DNA of 64,000 nt from Eledone cirrhosa (taxonomy: Eukaryota), in assembly GCA_964016885.1 (NCBI GenBank), contig OZ024744.1, forward strand, positions 18,662,001 to 18,726,000. The letters are read 5' to 3'. The position numbers and the translations under genes are program-made. Positions 55,201 to 64,000 of this stretch are shown piece after piece (position 1 is the first letter of the stretch; each line of letters opens with the position of its first letter). The notes beneath the pieces were generated by a model. That model searched no databases and was not told where the DNA came from. It saw only the letters and a list, made by a program, of their open reading frames with translations.

Positions 55201-58200
55201 TTCTGTATGTCTGTGTCACTGTGTATGTCACTGTGTGTTTCTGTATGTTTGTGTCACTGTGTATGTCACTAAATGTTTGTGTGTGCCTGTGTCTCTGTGT
55301 ATGTCACTGTTTGTTTGCGTGTGTCTGTGTCACTGTGTATGTCACTGTGTGTTTCTGTATGTCTGTGTGACTGTCTATGTCACTGTGTGTTTCTGTATGT
55401 TTGTGTCACTGTGTATGTCACTAAATGTTTGTGTGTGTCTGTGTCTCTGTGTATGTCACTGTTTGTTTGCGTGTGTCTGTGTCACTGTGTATGTCACTGT
55501 ATGTTTCTGTATGTCTGTGTCACTTTGTATGTCACTGTGTGTTTCTGTATGTATGTGTCACCGTGTATGTCACTGTATCTTTGTGTATGCCTGTGTCACT
55601 GTGTATGTCACTGTGTGTTTCTGTATGTTTGTGTCACTGTGTATGTCACTAAATGTTTGTGTGTGTCTGTGTCACTGTGTATGTCACTGTGTGTTTCTGT
55701 ATGTCTGTGTGACTGTGTATGTCACTGTTTGTTTGTGTATGTCTGTGTCACTGTGTGTGTTTCTGTATGTCTGTGTCATTGTGTATGTCATTGCATCTTT
55801 GTGTATGTCTGTCTCACTGTGTATGTCACTGTGTGTTTCTGCATGTCTGTGTCACTGTGTATGTCACTGTGTGTTTCTGTATGTCTGTGTCACTGTGTAT
55901 GTCACTGTATGTTTCTGTATGTCTCTTTCACTGTGTATATCACTGTGTGTTTCTGTATGTCTGTGTCACTGTATATGTCACTGTATCTTTGTGTATGCCT
56001 GTGTCACTGTCTATGTCACTGTATGTTTCTGTATGTCTGTTTCACTGTGTATGTCACTGTATATTTGTGTATGTCTGTGTCACTCTGTATGTCACTGTGT
56101 GTTTCTGTATGTCTGTGTCACTATGTATGCCACTGTATATTTGTGTTGTCTGTGTCATTGTGTATGTCACTGGGTGTTTCTGTATGTCTGTGTCACTGTG
56201 TATGACACTGTGTCTTTCTGTATGTATGTATCACTGTGTATGTCACTGTGTGTATCTGTATGTCGGTGTCACTGTGTAAGTCATTGTATCTTTGTGTATG
56301 TCTGTGGCACTCTGTATGTCGTTGTGTGTTTCTGTATGTATGTGTCTCTGTGTATGTCACTGTATATTTGTGTATGTATGTGTCACTGTGTATGTCACTG
56401 TGAGTTTCTCTATGTCTGTGTCACTGTGTATGTCACTGTATGTCTCTGTATGTCTGTGTCACTGTCTATGTCACTGTATCTTTGTGTATGTCTGTGTCAC
56501 TGTGTATGTCACTGTGTGTTTCTGTATGTATGTGTCACTGTGTATGTCACAGTTTGTTTCTGTATATATGTGTCTCTGTGTATGTCACTGTAGTTTTGTG
56601 TATGCCTGTGTCACTGTGTGTTTCTGTATGTCTGTGTCACTGTGTATGTCACTGTATGTTTCTGTATGTCTGTGTCACTGTGTATGTCACTGTTTGTTTC
56701 TGTATGTATGCGTCACTGTGTATGTCATCGTATGTGTGTGTATGTCTGTGTCACGGTGTATGTCACTGTATCTTAGTGTATGCCTGTGTCACTGTGTATG
56801 TCACTGTGAGTTTCTGTATGTCTGTGTCTCTGTGTATGTCACTGTATCTTTGTGCATGTATGTGTCACTGTGTATGTCACTGTATGTTTCTGTATGTCTG
56901 TGTCACTGTGTATATCACTGTGTGTTTCTGTATATCTGTGTCTCTGTGTATGTCACTGTATCTTTGTGTATGTCTGGGTCACTGTGTATGTCACTGTATA
57001 TTTGTGTATGTCTGTGTCACGGTGTATATCACTGTATGTTTGTGTATGTCTGTGTCACTGTGTATGTCACTGTGTGTTTCTGTATGTCTGTGTCACTGTG
57101 TATATCAATGTGTGTTTCTGTATCTCTGTGTCACGGTGTATGTCACTGCATGTTTGTGTATGTCTGTGTGACTGTGTATGTCACTGTGTGTTTCTGTATG
57201 GCTGTGTCACTGTGTATGTCACTGTATCTTTGTGTATGTCTGTGTCACTGTGTATGTCACAGTGTGTTTCTGTATGTCTGTGTCACTGTATATGTCACTG
57301 TATGTTTCTGAATGTCTGTGTCACTGTGTATGTCACTGTGTGTTTCTGTATGTCTGTGTCACGGTGTATGTCACTGTATGTTTGTGTGTGACCCTGTCAC
57401 TGTGTATGTCACTGTGTGTTTGTGTATGTCTGTGTCACTGTAAGTTTCTGTATGCCTGTGTCACTGTGTATGTCACTGTGTGTTTCTGGATGTCTGTGTC
57501 ACTGTGTATGTCATTGTATCTTTGTGTATGTCTGTGTCACTGTGTATGTCACTGTATGTTTCTGTAAGTTTGTGTCACTGTGTATGTCACTGTGTGTTTC
57601 TGTATGTCTGTGTCTCTGTGAATGTCACTGTATGTTTCTGTATGTCTGTTTCACTGTGTATGTCACTGTGTCTTTATGTATGTCTGTGTCACTCTGTATG
57701 TCACTGTATATTTCTGTATGTCTGTGTCACTGTCTATATCACTGTATGTTTCTGTATGTCTGTGTCACTGTGTATGTCACTGTGTGTTTCTGTATGGCTG
57801 TGTCACTGTGTATGTCACTGCATCTTTGTGTATGTCTGTGTCACTGTGTATGTCACAGTGTGTTTCTGTATGTCTGTGTCACTGTCTATGTCACTGTATG
57901 TTTCTGAATGTCTGTGTCACTGTGTATGTCACTGTGTGTTTGTGTATGTCTGTGTCACTGTATGTTTATGTATGTCTGTGTCACTGTGTATGTCACTGTC
58001 TGTTTCTGTATGTCTGTGTCACTGTGTATGACATTGTATCTTTGTGTATGTCTGTGTCACTGTGTATGTCACTGTATGTTTCTGTATGTTTGTGTCACTG
58101 TGTATGTCACTGTGTGTTTCTGTATGTTTGTGTCTCTGTGTATGTCACTGTATGTTACTGTATGTCTGTTTCACTGTGTATGTCACTGTGTCTTTATGTA

Positions 58201-60464
58201 TGTCTGTGTCACTCTGTATGTCACTGTATATTTCTGTATGTCTGTGTCACTGTGTATGTCACTGTATGTTTCTGTATGTCTGTGTCACTGTGTATGTCAC
58301 TGTATGCTTCTGTATGTCTGTGTCACTGTGTATGTCACTGTATCTTTGTGTATGTCTGTGTCCCTGTGTATGTCACTGTATGTTTCTGTATGTTTGTGTC
58401 ACTGTGTATGTCACTGTGTGTTTCTGTATGTCTGTGTCACTGTGTATGTCACTGTGTGTTTCTGTATGTTTGTGTCACTGTGTATGTCACTAAATGTTTG
58501 TGTGTGTCTGTGTCTCTGTGTATGTCACTGTTTGTTTGCGTGTGTCTGTGTCACTGTGTATGTCACTGTGTGTTTCTGTATGTCACTGTGTGTTTGTGCA
58601 TGTCTGTCTCACTGTATGTTTCTATATGTCTGTGTCACTGTGTATGTCACTGTGTGTTTCTGTATGTATGTGTCACCGTGTATGTCACTGTATCTTTGTG
58701 TATGCCTGTGTCACTGTGTATGTCACTGTGTGTTTCTGTATGTTTGTGTCACTGTGTATGTCACAAAATGTTTGTGTGTGTCTGTGTCACTGTGTATGTC
58801 ACTGTGTGTTTCTGTATGTCTGTGTGACTGTGTATGTGACTGTTTGTTTCTGCATGTCTGTGTCACTGTGTATGTCACTGTGTGTTTCTATATGTCTGTG
58901 TCACTGTGTATGTCACTGTATGTTTCTGTATGTCTGTTTCACTGTGTATATCACTGTGTGTTTCTGTATGTCTGTGTCACTGTATATGTCACTGTATCTT
59001 TGTGTATGCCTGTGTCACTGCCTATGTCTCTGTATGTTTCTGTATGTCTGTGTCACTATGTATGCCACTGTATATTTGTGTTGTCTGTGTCATTGTGTAT
59101 GTCACTGGGTGTTTCTGTATGTCTGTGTCACTGTGTATGACACTGTGTCTTTCTGTATGTATGTATCACTGTGTATGTCACTGTGTGTATCTGTATGTCG
59201 GTGTCACTGTGTAAGTCATTGTATCTTTGTGTATGTCTGTGGCACTCTGTATGTCGTTGTGTGTTTCTGTATGTATGTGTCTCTGTGTATGTCACTGTAT
59301 ATTTGTGTATGTATGTGTCACTGTGTATGTCACTGTGAGTTTCTCTATGTCTGTGTCACTGTGTATGTCACTGTATGTCTCTGTATGTCTGTGTCACTGT
59401 CTATGTCACTGTATATTTGTGTATGTCTGTGTCACTGTGTATGTCACTGTGTGTTTCTGTATGTCTGTGTCACTGTGTATGTCACAGTTTGTTTCTGTAT
59501 ATATGTGTCTCTGTGTATGTCACTGTAGTTTTGTGTATGTCTGTGTCACTGTGTGTTTCTGTATGTCTGTGTCACTGTGTATGTCACTGTATGTTTCTGT
59601 ATGTCTGTGTCACTGTGTATGTCACTGTTTGTTTCTGTATGTATGCGTCACTGTGTATGTCATCGTATGTGTGTGTATGTCTGTGTCACGGTGTATGTCA
59701 CTGTATCTTAGTGTATGCCTGTGTCACTGTGTATGTCACTGTGAGTTTCTGTATGTCTGTGTCTCTGTGTATGTCACTGTATCTTTGTGCATGTATGTGT
59801 CACTGTGTATGTCACTGTATGTTTCTGTATGTCTGTGTCACTGTGTATATCACTGTGTGTTTCTGTATATCTGTGTCTCTGTGTATGTCACTGTATCTTT
59901 GTGTATGTCTGGGTCACTGTGTATGTCACTGTATATTTGTGTATGTCTGTGTCACGGTGTATATCACTGTATGTTTGTGTATGTCTGTGTCACTGTGTAT
60001 GTCACTGTGTGTTTCTGTATGTCTGTGTCACTGTGTATATCAATGTGTGTTTCTGTATCTCTGTGTCACGGTGTATGTCACTGCATGTTTGTGTATGTCT
60101 GTGTGACTGTGTATGTCACTGTGTGTTTCTGTATGGCTGTGTCACTGTGTATGTCACTGTATCTTTGTGTATGTCTGTGTCACTGTGTATGTCACAGTGT
60201 GTTTCTGTATGTCTGTGTCACTGTATATGTCACTGTATGTTTCTGAATGTCTGTGTCACTGTGTATGTCACTGTGTGTTTCTGTATGTCTGTGTCACGGT
60301 GTATGTCACTGTATGTTTGTGTGTGACCCTGTCACTGTGTATGTCACTGTGTGTTTCTGTATGTCTGTGTGACTGTGTATGTGACTGTTTGTTTCTGCAT
60401 GTCTGTGTCACTGTGTATGTCACTGTGTGTTTCTATATGTCTGTGTCACTGTGTATGTCACTGT
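47044..60464. repeat. 6699-bp essentially identical tandem duplication
   Basis: Constant offset of 6699 with identical translated ORFs: 47105/53804, 47522/54221, 48574/55273, 49593/56292, 50923/57622, 51795/58494, 53088/59787. Private variants CACAAAATG (52063/58762) and GTTACTG (51455/58154) are in both copies. Confidence 0.92.
49410..53655. repeat. 2935-bp period sub-repeat inside the 6699-bp unit
   Basis: Offset 2935: 49593/52528, 49741/52676, 50153/53088, 50479/53414. Shared variants GTGACCCTGTC (~50689/~53624) and GTCATCGTAT (50025/52960). Confidence 0.8.
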
Positions 60465-63400
60465 ATGTTTCTGTATGTCTGTTTCACTGTGTATATCACT
60501 GTGTGTTTCTGTATGTCTGTGTCACTGTATATGTCACTGTATCTTTGTGTATGCCTGTGTCACTGTCTATGTCTCTGTATGTTTCTGTATGTCTGTGTCA
60601 CTATGTATGCCACTGTATATTTGTGTTGTCTGTGTCATTGTGTATGTCACTGGGTGTTTCTGTATGTCTGTGTCACTGTGTATGACACTGTGTCTTTCTG
60701 TATGTATGTATCACTGTGTATGTCACTGTGTGTATCTGTATGTCTGTGTCACTGTGTAAGTCATTGTATCTTTGTGTATGTCTGTGGCACTCTGTATGTC
60801 GTTGTGTGTTTCTGTATGTATGTGTCTCTGTGTATGTCACTGTATATTTGTGTATGTATGTGTCACTGTGTATGTCACTGTGAGTTTCTGTATATATGTG
60901 TCTCTGTGTATGTCACTGTATGTTTGTGTGTGTCTGTGTCACTGTGTATGTCACTGTGTGTTTGTGTACGTCTGTGTCACTGTGTATGTCACCGTATGTG
61001 TGTGTATGTCTGTGTCACGGTGTGTGTCACTGTATCTTTGTGTATGCCTGTGTCACTGTGTATGTCACTGTGTGTTTCTGTCTGTCTGTGTCACTGTTTA
61101 TGTCACTGTATGTTTGTGTGTGTCTGTGTCACTGTGTATGTCAATGTCTATGTGTGTTTCTGTATGTCTGTGTCTCTGTGTATGTCACTGTATCTTTGTG
61201 TATGTCTGTGTCACTCTGTATGTCACTGTGTGTTTCTGTATGTCTGTGTCACTATGTATGCCACTGTATATTTGTGTTGTCTGTGTCATTGTGTATGTCA
61301 CTGGGTGTTTCTGTATGTCTGTGTCACTGTGTATGACACTGTGTCTTTCTGTATGTATGTATCACTGTGTATGTCACTGTGTGTATCTGTATGTCGGTGT
61401 CACTGTGTAAGTCATTGTATCTTTGTGTATGTCTGTGGCACTCTGTATGTCGTTGTGTGTTTCTGTATGTATGTGTCTCTGTGTATGTCACTGTATATTT
61501 GTGTATGTATGTGTCACTGTGTATGTCACTGTGAGTTTCTCTATGTCTGTGTCACTGTGTATGTCACTGTATGTCTATGTATGTCTGTGTCACTGTCTAT
61601 GTCACTGTATCTTTGTGTATGTCTGTGTCACTGTGTATGTCACTGTGTGTTTCTGTATTTCTGTGTCACTGTGTATGTCACAGTTTGTTTCTGTATATAT
61701 GTGTCTCTGTGTATGTCACTGTAGTTTTGTGTATGTCTGTGTCACTGTGTATTTCTGTATGTCTGTGTCACTGTGTATGTCACTGTATGTTTCTGTATGT
61801 CTGTGTCACTGTGTATGTCACTGTTTGTTTCTGTATGTATGCGTCACTGTGTATGTCACCGTATGTGTGTGTATGTCTGTGTCACGGTGTATGTCACTGT
61901 ATCTTAGTGTATGCCTGTGTCACTGTGTATGTCACTGTGAGTTTCTGTATGTCTGTGTCTCTGTGTATGTCACTGTATCTTTGTGCATGTATGTGTCACT
62001 GTGTATGTCACTGTATGTTTCTGTATGTCTGTGTCACTGTGTATATCACTGTGTGTTTCTGTATATCTGTGTCTCTGTGTATGTCACTGTATCTTTGTGT
62101 ATGTCTGGGTCACTGTGTATGTCACTGTATATTTGTGTATGTCTGTGTCACTGTGTATGTCACTGTGTGTTTCTGTATGTCTGTGTCACTGTGTATATCA
62201 ATGTGTGTTTCTGTATCTCTGTGTCACGGTGTATGTCACTGCATGTTTGTGTATGTCTGTGTGACTGTGTATGTCACTGTGTGTTTCTGTATGGCTGTGT
62301 CACTGTGTATGCCACTGTATCTTTGTGTATGTCTGTGTCACTGTGTATGTCACAGTGTGTTTCTGTATGTCTGTGTCACTGTCTATGTCACTGTATGTTT
62401 CTGAATGTCTGTGTCACTGTGTATGTCACTGTGTGTTTCTGTATGTCTGTGTCACGGTGTATGTCACTGTATGTTTGTGTGTGACTGTGTCACTGTGTAT
62501 GTCACTGTGTGTTTGTGTATGTCTGTGTCACTGTAAGTTTCTGTATGTCTGTGTCACTGTGTATGTCACTGTGTGTTTCTGGATGTCTGTGTCACTGTGT
62601 ATGTCATTGTATCTTTGTGTATGTCTGTGTCACTGTGTATGTCACTGTATGTTTCTGTAAGTTTGTGTCACTGTGTATGTCACTGTATGTTTATGTATGT
62701 CTGTTTCACTGTGTATGTCACTGTGTCTTTATGTATGTCTGTGTCACTCTGTATGTCACTGTATATTTCTGTATGTCTGTGTCACTGTGTATGTCACTGT
62801 ATGTTTCTGTATGTTTGTGTCACTGTGTATGTCACTGTATGCTTCTGTATGTCTGTGTCACTGTGTATGTCACTGTATCTTTGTGTATGTCTGTGTCCCT
62901 GTGTATGTCACTGTATGTTTCTGTATGTTTGTGTCACTGTGTATGTCACTGTGTGTTTCTGTATGTCTGTGTCACTGTGTATGTCACTGTGTGTTTCTGT
63001 ATGTTTGTGTCACTGTGTATGTCACTAAATGTTTGTGTGTGTCTGTGTCTCTGTGTATGTCACTGTTTGTTTGCGTGTGTCTGTGTCACTGTGTATGTCA
63101 CTGTGTGTTTCTGTATGTCTGTGTGACTGTCTATGTCACTGTGTGTTTCTGTATGTTTGTGTCACTGTGTATGTCACTAAATGTTTGTGTGTGTCTGTGT
63201 CTCTGTGTATGTCACTGTTTGTTTGCGTGTGTCTGTGTCACTGTGTATGTCACTGTATATTTCTGTATGTCTGTGTCACTTTGTATGTCATTGTGTGTTT
63301 CTGTATGTATGTGTCACCGTGTATGTCACTGTATCTTTGTGTATGCCGGTGTCACTGTGTATGTCACTGTGTGTTTCTGTATGTTTGTGTCACTGTGTAT

Positions 63401-64000
63401 GTCACTAAATGTTTGTGTGTGTCTGTGTCACTGTGTATGTCACTGTGTGTTTCTGTATGTCTGTGTGACTGTGTATGTCACTGTTTGTTTGTGTATGTCT
63501 GTGTCACTGTGTGTGTTTCTGTATGTCTGTGTCACTGTGTATGTCATTGCATCTTTGTGTATGTCTGTCTCACTGTGTATGTCACTGTGTGTTTCTGCAT
63601 GTCTGTGTCACTGTGTATGTCACTGTGTGTTTCTGTATGTCTGTGTCACTGTGTATGTCACTGTATGTTTATGTATGTCTCTTTCACTGTGTATATCACT
63701 GTGTGTTTCTGTATGTCTGTGTCACTGTATATGTCACTGTATCTTTGTGTATGCCTGTGTCACTGTCTATGTCACTGTATGTTTCTGTATGTCTGTTTCA
63801 CTGTGTATGTCACTGTATATTTGTGTATGTATGTGTCACTGTGTATGTCACTGTGAGTTTCTCTATGTCTGTGTCACTGTGTATGTCACTGTATGTCTCT
63901 GTATGTCTGTGTCACTGTCTATGTCACTGTGTGTTTCTGTATGTCTGTGTCACTGTGTATGTCACAGTTTGTTTCTGTATATATGTGTCTTTGTGTATGT

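Larger units (their letters stand above)
1..64000. repeat. 38-bp tandem satellite/minisatellite array (12-bp + 26-bp subunits), ~1,700 monomers, head-to-tail, extending beyond both window edges
   Basis: Consensus GTCACTGTGTATGTCACTGTGTGTTTCTGTATGTCTGT recurs continuously (e.g. 558-595, 596-633). GTCAC recurs at alternating 12/26-bp spacing throughout. No non-repeat insert or inverted block was seen. Consensus composition is T18 G10 C6 A4. Confidence 0.98.

Noticed and set aside
1-64000. CRISPR array (38-bp period is within the CRISPR repeat size range)
   Set aside because: There are no unique spacers; monomers abut directly and vary only by SNPs. No cas genes or leader sequence are present.
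1-64000. Telomeric repeat or G-quadruplex array
   Set aside because: The strand is GT-rich but G-runs are essentially absent (only rare GG/GGG variants) and there is no TTAGGG-like unit. A subtelomeric location cannot be excluded or shown.
1-64000. Immunoglobulin/TCR locus suggested by the RSS-like motifs
   Set aside because: No V, D or J coding segments or any non-repeat sequence lie next to the heptamers.
1-64000. TGTCA (TALE-homeodomain MEIS/TGIF core) twice per monomer as a regulatory array
   Set aside because: It is only a 5-bp core, usually lacking the preferred CTGTCA flank. There is no support for function from sequence alone.
1-64000. Assignment to a named satellite family, species or centromere (e.g. 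CENP-B box)
   Set aside because: I do not recognise the monomer and see no CENP-B box. A Dfam/Repbase/BLAST search would be needed.

Overview
The whole 64-kb window is one uninterrupted, single-orientation tandem satellite/minisatellite array. It is probably eukaryotic heterochromatic or subtelomeric DNA; the taxon cannot be identified from sequence. The basic monomer is 38 bp, consensus GTCACTGTGTAT-GTCACTGTRTGTTTCTGTATGTCTGT (a 12-bp plus a 26-bp subunit), roughly 1,700 copies (64000/38). I found no unique sequence, genes, RNA genes, transposon ORFs or CRISPR spacers. All listed ORFs are artefacts of a stop-free, GT-rich + strand. Diagnostic variant monomers reveal nested higher-order duplications with periods of 152, 417, 522, 1737, ~2400-2935, ~5000-5370, 6699, ~8030 and ~12,890 bp. 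The most unusual observation is on the minus strand: the monomer tiles exactly as a V(D)J recombination-signal-like element (CACAGTG - 22 bp - ACAGAAACA = 38 bp), with a nested heptamer/12-bp-spacer/nonamer-like element. This may be coincidental in CA-rich DNA but is testable.
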